Origin: Squalus acanthias
Taxonomy: Eukaryota
Assembly: GCA_030390025.1 (NCBI GenBank)
Contig: CM059432.1
Location: 146,384,001-146,448,000 of the forward strand
Direction: 5' to 3'
DNA length: 64,000 nucleotides
The notes below the pieces were generated by a model. That model searched no databases. It was not told the DNA's origin and was given only the letters and a program-made list of their open reading frames with translations. The translations under genes and the position numbers were made by a program. Of the stretch, positions 36,640 to 49,051 are shown one piece after another (within the stretch, counting starts at the first letter, position 1; each line of letters starts with the position of its first letter).

Positions 36640-38250
36640 AGACCACTTTTCTCCTCCACTACCCTGCCTGACGACCATTCCAAATGTTTATTACTCTTTG
36701 TGTGAAAAAGCTCTTCCTGACATTTGTTCTAAATCTCTCTCTCACCAGTTCAATGCCCATTGTTCCAGTATCCTGACAAACCTTGAGTTACTGCTCCACG
36801 TTAACCTTATCTGTGCCATTTAATATCATGTCTATGTCTATAAGGTGCCCTCTCAGTCACCTCCTTTCAAAGCTCCCAGTTTCTCCAGCCTTTTCTCCTA
36901 ATTCACTCCTTTGACACCTGGGAACAGCATCCTGGACCTTCTCTGTACCGCCCCCAGAGCTTGACTGTTTCCCTGAGATCCTGACGCCCAGAACTAAACA
37001 CGGCACTCGAGGTGCAGTCTGATGAGGGTCCTGTACAGTTTTGATGTGACATCTTCTGACTTGTACATAACTGATCTAACAACGTAATTAAGCTTTTGAT
37101 TCATTTTAGTTATCGCTGCTCCACAGTGAGCTAATATTAAATGCCAAATCTGCTATCACCTCCAGATTCTTTTCCATTTCAGCTTTAACTATTTGTACAT
37201 CACCTATATCTGTGACATCCATTTTCAATCTGTGTTGAATTTCATCTCCATTTGCAGATTTGATCTAACTCCTTGTGTTGGCCCCTTGCCGGTCCCTTTG
37301 ATTTAATTGCTGTCCCTAGTTTAGGGTCACCTGTACGTTTGAACAGTTTGCTTTAGGTTTCTGATTATTTTAAATAATTTTTTACATAGAAATACATACA
37401 ATTTTACAGGACGGAAACAGGCCATTCATCCCAGCTGGAGGCTTGTTCTCTACATGAGCCTCCTCACGCCTTACTTTATCTCGCCCTATCAACATAACCT
37501 TCTATTCCTTCCTCCCTCATGTGCTTATCTAGTTCCCCCTTAAATGCCTCTGCGCTATTCCCCTCAACTACTCCTTGTGGTCGCGAGTTCCACATTCTCA
37601 CCACTCTTTGGGTAAAGAAGTTTCTCCTGAATTCCCTACAGGATTTATTGATGACTATCTTATATTTATAAGACCCTGGTTCTGGTCTCCCCCCACGAGT
37701 GGAAACACCTTCTCTGCATCTACCCTATCAAACCCATTCATAATTTTAAAGACCTCCTATGAGGTCACCCCTCAGCACTGTGGGAGTACCTTCACCACAC
37801 GGACTGCAGCGGTTCAAGAAGGCGGCTCACCACCACCTTCTCAAGGGCAATTAGGGATGGGCAATAAATGCCGGCCTTGCCAGCGACGCCCACTTCCCAT
37901 ATACGAATTAAAAAAAAAAAATTTCTAGAGAAAAGAACCCAAGCCTGTTCAGCCTTTCATGGTAAGTATATACTCAGTTCTGATATCATCCTTGTGAATC
38001 TTTTTTGCACCTTCTCCAGTGCTTCTATATATTTTTATAATATGGAGACTAGAACTGTGCACAGTACTGTAAGTGTGGTCTAAACAAGGTTCTCATCCTT
38101 CCGACAAAAATGGAACACCTCACACCTATGCATATTGAAATTATTTTGTCAATTGCATGCACATTCTGCAAGATTATTAATGCCGCCTTGTATTTTGTCG
38201 CAGTCTTCTTCACTATTAACTATACCCTCCAATTTGGTGTCATCCATGTT
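36640..38250 (-). mobile_element. Two degraded CR1 3' fragments, the second with a + strand LINE 3' end inserted at ~37775-37920
   Basis: Reverse strand resembles the CR1 C-terminus; the insert ends GGCAATAAATGCCGGCCTTGCCAGCGACGCCC..poly(A). Confidence 0.7.
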
Positions 38251-38379
38251 TCGATACTTCTTTACATAGTTGAAGTCCTGCATTTCAGAAAAGTATCAAC
38301 ATTTTATTTAAGTATACATATAACAAGTTAAACTTACAAGAATTGCAGGAACCAATGCTGAATCCCACGTGTCAGCAGC

Positions 38380-40945
38380 CCAACCGATTTTTTTCGGCGC
38401 AATGGGTGCCATTTTGTGACAAAAATGGCGTCCACGCTGCGCGCGCACACTTCTGGTATGTGCTGCGTGGGACGCCATCTTGATGAGGGCGGTAGGGTGG
38501 ACATTAGGATCATGCGCCGGAAGTATATTGAGTAGGTAGACCGTGACGTCAATCAGCGTGCAATGCTGATTTGACAGCAGCGCTGCCATTTTCGTCCTCA
38601 ACACTTGAGCTCACGCCCTATCTTAACCTCGCAGAGTTGAACAAGCATTCAGTGGCAGCAAAGATCCTCAACCAGCGATATTTAAAGGGATCAGCAACCA
38701 CTCGAAGGTTAGTTGCTGATTCATTTCTACTGGCTCTCTGCAAGTTTGAGGAAGTGTTTGCAGATTTATAGTTTAAAGTTAGTGTGGTGGCAGGAAGTGG
38801 TGCTGCAAGTGGAGAAGGCCTTGGTTCTGACTTCAAGGGCTGGATTTTTCCAACCTCGTCGGGTCTGCGGCGTGTGGAGACCTGGCATCTGTCTCGATCC
38901 CGGCCTCCAACAAGACTTTCCCCTGATTGGGCTTCTTAAGCCCGCCCTGCGAGGTGCCCGGCCAATTAACAGGAAGCGGGTCTGATGACGTTCAAAGACA
39001 CAATCAGGTCTTCTACCTGCAGAGGGGCAGGAGGCCTTCCAGGCAGAACAGCAGAAGGCTGTGGGAGGAGATAGCTGAAGCTGTCAGTGCGACGCGTGTT
39101 GTCCCCAGGACCTGGATCCAGTGCCGCAAGACGTTTAATGACCTCACACGAGTGGTCAAGCTGAGTGAATGCAGCTTCAAATGACAAAACCCACCATCTG
39201 CACCACTAGCCTCACACAGCGCTCTATGCACCACACCCCCATCACTCACCTACCAACAATCTCCAGCAATCACCACTCATACCTCACAGTCATAGCTTCA
39301 CCTCACCCTCACACACTTACCACTGCTGCAAGACTCACACCCACATCTCACCCCTTGCACACACTGCCAGCTATTCAACCATGGCAGGCACATCTCCCAA
39401 ACACATTGCACCACACTCACTGACACACTCTTCACCCAAACACATTGCACCACCCTCACTGACACTCTTCACCCAAACACATTGCACCACACTCACTGAC
39501 ACACATCACCCAAACACATTGCACCACACTCACTGACACACATCACCCAAACACATTGCACCACACTCACTGACTCACTTCACCCAAACACATTGCACCA
39601 CACTCACTGACTCACTTCACCCAAACACATTGCACCACACTCACTGACTCACTTCACCCAAACACATTGCACCACACTCACTGACACACTTCACCCAAAC
39701 ACATTGCACCACACTCACTGACACACTTCACCCAATCACATTGCACCACACTCACTGACACACACTCACCCAAACACATTGCACCACACTCACTGACACA
39801 CACTTCACCCAAACACATTGCACCACACTCACTGACACACATCACCCAAACACATTGCTCCACACTCACTGACTCACTTCCCTTTCTCTTGCTGGCAAAG
39901 GTGGCTCATAAACACCGGGAGCAGCAGCAACTGGGCGGACGGGAAGCCCGACTGCAGAACCTCACAGAGCCGGAGGAAGCAGTGCTGGAGATCATTGGAG
40001 GGGCCGTCACTGAGTCCGTGGCGAGTGGCGAAGTTGAAAGCATTGCTGATGATGACGGTGTGGTCATTCCTAATCCTCTTCTCACATCCCACTTCCCCCT
40101 CATCCCACAATCTCTTCTCACTTACAAGCTTCTGATGGTGTGTGCATGGATATCTTGCTTTGCTCCCCCTCCGCTCACCACAACCCGACCCTTGTGCCTT
40201 TCTCCTTTCAGAAGTCCCACCAGCACAGCCAGTCCCTGAAGTCATGGAATAGGAGAGTGAAGGAGAAGAAGAAGTCACTGTCACTGCATCTGACACTCGC
40301 AGGCATCAACTCAGAAGATGGCACTGCGCGGACTTTACAGGGTAGTATCGAGGCGAGATCTGCACGTGGTGAGTCACTGGGCACAAATGGGCAGCAGCCA
40401 GGCCAGGCGAAGCTCTGCTGCACAGGACTCAGATGATGACCTTGATGGGGCAGCCGTTAGAAGAAGGGTGATGAGCAAGAGAGCCTCTTGTCAGTGTCAA
40501 GGAGCTTGGAGGATTCCAGCTCCAACCTTGCACGGGGCTTTACGTGGAGCTTGGAGCCCTTGATTTCCAGGATGGAACTGATGGGCAACTCCATCGGAGA
40601 CCTTGTGGATCCAACCATGATGCTGGGTGTGATGGGCGATGTTACAGCTTCCACTGCAGCACAGGCGGAAGCGACCCAATGTCTCAGTGCTGCAGTGGAA
40701 GCTCAGACTGAATCCATCGTGGCTGAGTTTACGAGTGTGGTAAGGGGCTTGCAGGGTCTCGCAGCACTCCAGCAATCTGTCCCCCAACAGATGGCTAGGA
40801 ATGCTGAAGCCCTGCCCCGGGAGAGAGGCAGTGGCTCCGTGGAGCAAGAACCTGCTGTCTTCTCTCAGGATGGCAGCATTTCTACTCCCACCACTGCCAC
40901 TCCGCCAGTGCCCTTGCTGCTGCCTGCCATTCAGCCAGCCCATTA
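38380..40945 (+). mobile_element. Composite of Harbinger fragments: left-end region, TIR-like GGGCTGGATTTTTCC at ~38837 and degraded Myb/SANT exons
   Basis: WEEIAEAVS..RTWIQCRKTFNDLTRVVK, AKVAHKHREQQQLGG..LTEPEE, and last-exon similarity to 19834-20832. Confidence 0.78.
39395..39878. repeat. ~36-38-bp minisatellite, ~13 copies (CACCCAAACACATTGCACCACACTCACTGACACACTT)
   Basis: Head-to-tail repeats inside the Myb-gene intron. Confidence 0.95.
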
Positions 40946-41021
40946 CCCTTGTTTACTCTTTCTGTTACTTCTTCAAAGAATTCAATAAATTATATTGTAC
41001 ATTGCAATGTACATTTGTAAA

Positions 41022-41432
41022 CAGAAAGAAAGAAAGACGAGCGCCTTTCACGACTTCAGGATGTCCGAAAGCGCTTTACAGCCAATAAAGTACTTTTGAA
41101 GTGTAGTCACTGTCGTAATGTAGGGAACATGGCAGCCAATTTGTGCACAGCAAGAGCCCACAAACAGCATCCATTGAGGGATAAATATTGGCCCCAGGAC
41201 ACCGGGGATAACTCCCCTGCTCTTCTTCGAAATAGTGCCATGGGATCTTTTACGTCCACCTGAGAGAGCAGACGGGGCCCTCGGTTTGACATCTCAGCCA
41301 AAAGACGGCACCTCCGACAGCGCAGCTCTGCAGTGTGAGCCTAGATTTTATGCTCAAGTCTCTGGAGTGGGACTTGAACCCACAACCTTCTGTGACTCAG
41401 AGGCGAGAGAGTGCTACCCACTGAGCCACGGC
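41022..41432 (-). mobile_element. DeuSINE (SacSINE1-like)
   Basis: Reverse complement has head GTGGCTCAGTGGGTAGCACTCTCGCCTCTGAGTC (uninterrupted), Deu core and tail. Confidence 0.88.
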
Positions 41433-42286
41433 CGAAACCTGCAAAAATATACCTTTTTGTTGGTGGTTGCTGGTTAGGCCACAGCCAACACTTGAAAAGC
41501 AAGCGGACTGACAAATGTCAGCACTGACACATTTTGCTGAGGGGTCCTTTAAACAGATGTTCGGGTCCTCCGGAGTCAAGAGTGCAACCAACTGAGCCAC
41601 AGCTGACACCAAACAAACAGAACTTGTTTTTGTCATGAAGGCCATGAATCTGCAAAAACAAAATAAACCTGCAGCCGGTTCTGTAATTCTGAGCAATTAC
41701 TTGAAATAATTCCTTTGTAGCTTGCAGTGGCAGGCAAAGGTCTAATGTGCTCGGAAGGATGTGATTGCTCACAATAAATGACTGTGATAATGGAGGTGTT
41801 CTTCTTCTGCTGCATTGGAGAACAATAGCTGTGGCACAGTACAATAGATCCTGACAAGATAATTAATGCAAATGTGACAATTGTGTTTAGTGCTCTGGGT
41901 GACAGTTGGGAAGGTGGTGTAGAAAATGATTTAAGTCATGGCAACCATTTATCGTGCCTTTCACTGTCGCCATGAGCAGCTGTTTCGAGCCCCTGTGGTC
42001 CCCTTCCGGAGTGGAGTGTAGTTAATACTATAATCCCATAGAACTTAATGGTAGAGCCCCTGTTCCTGACAATTGTTTGCAGTGGAGATTACCTTTTTGA
42101 AATGGAAAATAAAAGCCCTGTTTGAGAATATGGATTCACAGGGCTGCTTGATGGTCTGTGCAGATTTGACATAGGCAGTGAAGTAGAAGGTATTTGCCCC
42201 ATCAGGCAAGTGAGGAAAGTTCCCATTTCACACAAGCCAGTATTCCCACATTCTGTTGTCATAGCTTGTCTTAAGGAAACTTTCAG

Positions 42287-42843
42287 GGGGAAAAATTCTA
42301 GTGCCCGGTCGCAGCGCCGCCAACACCTCCCGCGAAATTCAGCGGGAGATTAGTGGCAGCGGTAACCGTTAGCGCCCCGCTCGCGCCCCGGCCGCGATCT
42401 TCGGTAGCGCCCCCTGACTTACCGCCGGACGCTATGTCCGACGGGGTCAGGGGGGCCTACCTGCGGCCGGGGCAGCGCTAATTAAAGGCGAGGTGCCGGG
42501 CAGCCGTTTTTGTTGCTGGCCGCCTGCCAGCACCTGCCCCCGTTGCTGTCCCCGGCCTCCTCAGCAGCCCCCCCCCCGCGGAGTGCCGGCTGCGCTCCGT
42601 GAGTGGGCTCTTTTGCCGGTACTCCCGATCCCTGGTGGCCCAGCTGGGCCCCGGGTCGCGCTGTGCAAGGCCCCTCTCGCAGTGCCCCAAGAGGAAGGCG
42701 GGGCGCTTCCAGTAGTGCCCCGTTTCCCTCTTGGGGCGCTACTGATGAATTTTGGCCGCGAGGGCTCTAATTTCTTCGGGGTGCTAAATGTAGCGCCCCA
42801 GTGAAGTTAGCGCCCCAAAGGGGGCGCGACTCAATTTTTCCCC
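42287..42843. mobile_element. GC-rich Harbinger-type MITE
   Basis: TIR GGGGAAAAATT / AATTTTTCCCC, flanks CAG/CTG, multiple TAGCGCC motifs like the 16678 element. Confidence 0.8.
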
Positions 42844-43214
42844 CTGAAATCCTTATTTTCAACACTTTGCATTCTTGCACAGATTTGTGTTCTCCTTTGG
42901 AAGTGGCTTAGTGAGTTGCAGTGAATGGTGAGACATAACGGTACCCCCCGCAATGGTGATGAGTGTGAAAGGAATGGCTTGAGCATTGTGGGGATGCTTT
43001 ATGTTGTTGGTGTGGGGTGGTGCCAACCTGGTGCATCATGTGGCAGCCAGGGTATGCAGCATCAAGTGAAGTAAATGTGGCCATGGGGAGGCCATCCCTG
43101 GCAACAATGTGGTCGGGTGCTGATGCCCTATGTCCTGTGCAGCATCAGTTGATTGCGGAGAAGGTTGGTGGTGTTGTTGGTGCTGCTGGTGTTGAGGCTG
43201 ATCGTGGTCAGATT

Positions 43215-45210
43215 CTGAGGATCCAGCTTAGAAATTACGGAGGTGCTGGCCACAATCTTCCAATCCTTCTTATATACAGGGGTGGTGCAAAAGGACTGGA
43301 GGATTGCAAATGTTATATCCTTATTCAAAAAGGGGGTGCAGGATAAACCTGGCAATTACAGGCCAGTCAGTTTAACGTCGGTGGTGGGGAAGCTTTTAGA
43401 AACAATAATCCAGGAGAAAATTAACAGCCACTTGGACAAGCGTAGACTAATAAAGGGGAGCCAGCACGGATTTGTTAAGGGCAAATCGTGTTTGACTAAC
43501 TTGATTGAGTTTTTTAATGAGGTAACAGAGAGGGTGGATGAGGGCAGTGCAGTTGATGTTGTGTATATGGACTTTCAAAAGACGTTTGATGAAATGCCAC
43601 ATATTGGGCTGGATTTTCTTTGACCCATGGAGGTGGCTTTGGAGGCGTGTGGGGGGTTAAATTTAAGAAAACTGGCGGGCACAAGCCCGCCTTCATCCCA
43701 CCTCCACGCAATTTTCATTAAATCGTGTCTGCTGGTCCCGACTCTGTCCCGCCTGTAAGAGGCGGGATAGGCTGTTAAGGCCCTTAACAAGCACTAAATT
43801 GCCTCTATAATGCCATTTTGAAAGGCCTTTGTGATTTTAACCCTTTTTCTACGTGAAGCAGCACGCCTGTTCTGAACCACGAATGTGAAACCTGGCGGGA
43901 GCACATTTGGATAGCTGACGCTGGCTGGCTGGCATGCATGCATGCATATCTGGGAGTGGTGGTGGATGGATGACATATCTGGGAGTGGTGGTGCAAAAAT
44001 ATCTGGGAGCAGACTTAGGGCTGCTGCTGCTCATTTTGCATCCAGGTCCTCTCTCAGCAAAGGCCAGGCAGTCTCTGAAGACCTTCAATGCAGCAGCAAT
44101 GATGACATCATCAGAGGCGACTTTCAGACTGAAAACACTAATTGGTTCATGGGTTCCCACATGCTGGAACTCAATTGCCCAATTAGGTGAAAATCGCATC
44201 AATCTCCCACATCCAATTGCAGTCGGGTGGATAACACGAAAAGTGGATAACACGACCCCAACCTGCTCCAGTACCAAAATCCAGCCCATTAAATTTGTCA
44301 GCAAAATTGAAGCACATGGGATAAAAGGAGCAGTAGCAGCATGGATACAAATTTGTCTAAGGGATAGAAAACAGAGAGTTGTGGTGAATGACTATTTTTC
44401 GGACTGGAGGGAGGTATACAGTGGAGTTCCCCAGGGTTCAGTACTAGGACCACTGCTGTTTTTGATATACATTAATGACTTGGGTGGGGGGAGTGTACAG
44501 GGCACAATTTTGAAATTTTCAGGTGACATAAAACTTGGAAGTGTGGTTAACAGTGAGGAAGATAGTAATAAATTTCAAGAGAACATAGACAGGCTGCTGG
44601 AATGGGCGGACACATGGCAGATGAAATTTAATACAGAATAGTGTGAGGAGATACATTTTGGTAGGAAGAATGAGGAGAGACAATACACACTAAATGGTAC
44701 AATATTAAAGGGGGAGCAAGAAGAGAGAGACCTGGGGGTGTTTGTGCACAAATCTTTGAAGGTGGCAGGACAGGTTAACAAAGCAGTTGATAAAGCATAT
44801 GGGATCTTGGGCTTTATAAATAGAGGCATAGAGTACAAAGCATGGGGAGATATGCTAAACCTTCATAAAAGACTAGTTTGGCCTCAGCTGGAGTATTGCG
44901 TCCAATTCTGGGCACCACACTTTAGGAAGGATGTGAAGGCTTTGGAGAGGGTACAGAAGAGATTTACTACAATGGTTCCAGGGATGAGGGATTACTATAA
45001 CGTAGATAGACTGGAGATGCTGGGGTTGTTCTCCTTTTGAGCAGAAAGGCTAAGAGGAGATTTGATAGAGGTGTTTAAAATCATGAAGGGTTTAGACAGA
45101 GTGAATAAAGGGAAACTGTTTCCAATGGCTGAAGGGTCGATAATCAAAGGGCAGAGATTCAAGGTGATTGGCAAAAGAACCAGAGGCGATGTGAGGAAAA
45201 AATTTTTATG
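43215..45210 (+). mobile_element. CR1 LINE ORF2 fragment with nested MITE
   Basis: DKPGNYRPVSL, SQHGFVKGKSCLTNL, GVPQGSVLGP, QLEYCVQFW. Confidence 0.9.
43606..44287. mobile_element. Non-autonomous Harbinger-type MITE
   Basis: Perfect TIR GGGCTGGATTTT / AAAATCCAGCCC with TSD ATT. Confidence 0.9.
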
Positions 45211-45337
45211 TCCATTTTCAGGGGTTAGTCAATTTAACCCTTATTATTTTTACAACTTAAATACAGTGGGATTCCCTATTCACAATGTTGAATCAATAGC
45301 TTGAATTTATCTAGTGCCTTTAATGCAGCATACACCA

Positions 45338-47065
45338 TGGCTGGAATTTTCTAGGGTCCGTGCAGGCGCAATCGGAGGTGGGTCGTGTGAGAAATTTGAA
45401 AAAAGTCGGAGCGGGTCAGAAACCCGCCGTCATCCCGCCCCCACGCACCTTTCCCTCTGGCGCGTTTGCCGGTGCGGCAGCGGCGGGCGACCTAACTGAA
45501 ATCATTATAAACTTGTTGTCAGACACTTAAGAGCCTTTTTCCCGCTACATTTCAAATTTCCCTGCATGGCCACGGGATTCACGCTGCTCGGGAACCACGC
45601 CTGTCAACCTATGGCAGGAGTTGAGTGGCCATTACTCCAGCTGATTACTTGACAGCATCACATGTACAGTAACAGCTCCCACCTCACTGCCGGTCACTTT
45701 CTTCAGGCAGAACATAAGAACATATGAAATAGGAGCAGGAGTAGGCCATTCGGACCTTCGAGCCTGCTCCGCCATTCAATGAGATCATGGCTGATCTTCT
45801 GCCTCAACTCCATTCACCGGCCCTATCGCCATATCCCTTGATGCCTTTACTAGTCAGAAATCTATCAATCTCTGTTTTGAATATACCCAATGACTGAGCC
45901 TCCACAGCCCTCTGGGGTAGAGAATTCCAAAGATTCACCACCCTCTGTGTGAAGAAATTTCTTCTCATCTCAGTCCTGAATGGCCTACCCTTTATCCTGA
46001 GGCTGTGGCCCCTGGTTCTAGACTCCCCAGCCAAGGGAAACATTCTCCCAGCATCCACCCTATCAAGCCCTGTAATAATTTTGTATGCTTCAATGAGATC
46101 CCCTCTCATTCTTCTGAATTCAAGAGAATACAGGCCTAGTTTACTCAATCTCTTCTCATATGACAGTCCCGCCATCCCAGGAATCAATCTCGTGAACCTT
46201 CGTTGCACTCCCTCTATGGCAAGTTTCTCCTTCCTTAGGTAAGGAGACCAAAATTGTACACAGTACTCCAGGTGTGGTCTCACCAAGGCCCTGTATAATT
46301 GGAGTAAGACTTCTTTACTCCTGTTCTCAAATCCTCTTGTAATGAAGGCCAGCATACCATTTGCCTTCCTAATGGCTTGCTGCACCTGCACATTCACTTT
46401 CAGTGGCTCATGTACAAGGACACCCAGGCCCCTTTGAGCATCTGCATTCCCCAATCTTTCACCATTTAGGAAATACTCTGCCTTTCTGTTTTTTCTACCA
46501 AAGTGGATAACAAAGAAGCTGTTGTTGACTGCATTTCCAGCACAGATTTAACTTTCTGTAGGCTGCAAGTGTTTCCAGCAAAGTCTCCATCCAGTGTCAC
46601 CTCATTGTAAGAACCTCTCTCACCATTGACAGAATGCTTCTGTCAAATCTACTTGACCTGCCATCTATTCCATCAGCATGGGTGGCGTTTATACTGTTTC
46701 ACCTTGGTCCTCAGCATCTGACCACTATGAGCCCCAACACCAGGCACAACAGCAGCACCAACAAGAACACCACCAACCTTCTCCACAACCACCTGACAGG
46801 ACAGAGGGCATCAGCACCCAAGTGCATTGCTGCCCAGGAGGCCAGGGATGGCTTCATCAGATTTACTTAACTTTACGCTGTACACCCATATGTTGCGCCA
46901 GGTTGACACCACCCCACAGCAACACCATAAAGCATCCCTACAATGACCAAGCCATTCCTTCCATACTGACCACCATTGCTGGAGGTTCCGTTATGTCTCA
47001 CCAGTCACTGCAACTCACTAAGCCACTTCCAAAAGTGCACACAAATTTGTCCAAGACCAGAAAGT
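45338..47065 (+). mobile_element. Deleted Harbinger derivative (left end and transposase N-terminus)
   Basis: TIR-like [41 protein letters not shown] resembles the N-terminus at 5209. Confidence 0.65.
45712..46510 (-). mobile_element. CR1 LINE 3' fragment (young), nested in Harbinger remnant
   Basis: Uninterrupted 216-aa ORF 45804-46454; CR1 tail. Confidence 0.93.
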
Positions 47066-47299
47066 GGTGAGCTGGCATGGATTTGTTAAGGGTAAATCTT
47101 GTTTGATTAACTTGATTGAGTTTTTTGATGAGGTAACAGAGGGTAGATGCAGGCAGTGCAGTTGATGATGTGTATATGGACTTTCAAAAGGTGTTTGATA
47201 AAGTACCACATTATAGGTTTGTTAGCAAAATTGAAGCCCATGGGATAAAAGGGGCAGTAGCAGCATTGATACAAAATTGACTAAGGGATAGAAAACAGA

Positions 47300-48457
47300 G
47301 GGCTAGAAATTCATTATAGCCAAGGAATGGGCGGTGTTAGGCCAAAAGATGGTGAATTAGCACCATGTGAAAATGCTCTAGACTGCATGCAAAATTCGTC
47401 CTCAATGCTCAATAAAATGATTGGAGTCTTAAATCAAGTCTAAAAACCCAAGCTCATTGGCGTTACACTTAAAGGCTAATCGCAACTCATGATTGCTACA
47501 GGCATTTTTCATTACTTAAAGGGGAGGATCATTGATGCTGCAGCACCTCATTCTAAGCATTGTTGGCTGTGCAGCTGCCTCAACAACCATAAGAAGGACA
47601 AGGAGACGGAGCACTTATTTACAAATCCTCATGGCAGATCGCAACCCCAGGGAGAGAGCCTGGAGGTTTCCCGATAAAGCTTTGGAGGCATTGGTTTTAG
47701 CGCTGGAGAGAAGGCGGGTGGTCCTGTACCCACCAACTAGCAGGGGGCCCTCACCACAAGTCTGCCGCACTTAGTGGAGGGAGGTGGCACACTACATCAT
47801 GGATCGCCCGTCCGGAAGCACGATTGTCTGGCTGCCTCCTCCCTCCCTCCTGTTCCTCGTCTTCTTCCTCCTCATCTTCTTCCTCCTTATCCTCATCCTC
47901 CTCCCTCTGCGTACATGTTCCCATCTTTCTTGCCTACGCACCCTCCATTGTAGATCCTGGAGGGTGAGGTGGCATGCCAGTACAGCCCCCATTAATCTTA
48001 TCAAGTGTTGCAGCTTGAATCTTTGAAGAATAAATGTAGCTACTTTGTACTTGCCACAAGACTCCTGATACAAAAGAACCTTGAAATTACTCAATGAAAC
48101 TGTTGTAGTAGCTGAAAGTAACAAAAAGCCACTGGAACTGCACTAATGATCCCTTTAAATAACATCCCTACAGTCGGCTTCCTGGTGCTGCACGCCAGCT
48201 CTCCCTGTCGGTGTTTACTCCAGGTGATGAGGTAAGTGGCTAAAAGCAATTTGGGAAATCGGGCATTCAGTGAGCGTTGCACATTCACTGATGTCACAAT
48301 CTCCCTGGCATTGATGTGCCTGGCGATAGCTGTTGCTGGCAGCGCTACAGAGGTCCCGATTTTGCGTATGGCACTGGATTCTCCTCATCCTGTGGGTACT
48401 GGTCTCAACACCGCATTAGCGCCATCTACTGGCGCTAAGGAGACAAAATTTTCCCTC
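47300..48457 (-). mobile_element. Internally deleted Harbinger related to 16678-22676
   Basis: TIR-like GGGCTAGAAATTC / AAAATTTTCCCTC. Myb start MADRNPRERAWRFPDKALEALV (+) abuts the transposase start MGAVLA (-). Confidence 0.78.
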
Positions 48458-48905
48458 ATTGAGTTGTGGTGAATGGCTATTTTTTGGACTGGAGGGCGAC
48501 ATACAGTGGTGTTCCCCAGGGTTCAGTACTACGACCACTGTTGTTTTTGATATACATTAATGCCTTAGACTTGGGTGTACAGGGCACATTTTCAAAATTT
48601 GCAGATGGCACAAAATTTGGAAGTATAGTAAACAGTGAGGAAGATAGTAATAGACTTCAAGAGGACATAGACAAGCTGCTGCAATGGGCGGACACATGGC
48701 AGATGAAATTCAATGCGGAAAAGTGTGAGGTGATACATTTTGGTAAAAAGAATGAGGAGAGACAATACAAGCTAAACGGTACAATTTTAAAAGGGATGCA
48801 AGAACAGAGAGACCTGGAGGTGTTTGTGCACAAATCTTTGAAGGTTGCATGACAGGTTAACAAAACAGTTAATAAAGTATATGGGATCCTGGGCTTTATA
48901 AATAG

Positions 48906-49051
48906 CGTGAGAAGTCGCACACTTCACCTGACGAAGGAGCAGCGCTCCGAAAGCTTGTGATTTCAAATAAAGCTGTTGGACTATAACCTGGTGTTGTGCG
49001 GCTTCTCACTTTTGTCCATCCCAGTCCAACACCGGCATCTCCGCATCACAT
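48906..49051 (+). mobile_element. 146-bp Penelope-like terminal-repeat insertion
   Basis: 11-bp TSD TTTATAAATAG, short 5' inverted segment, hammerhead core, AATAAA. Confidence 0.8.
48924..48960 (+). ncRNA. Minimal type I hammerhead ribozyme motif
   Basis: TCAC-CTGACGA-A-GGAGC-AGC-GCTCC-GAAA-GCTT-GTGA: core boxes, stem II, stem I and palindromic stem III. Confidence 0.75.

Noticed and set aside
43934..44641. 235-aa ORF as a novel RT fusion protein
   Set aside because: Chance read-through from MITE sequence into the CR1 RT across the TIR at 44287.
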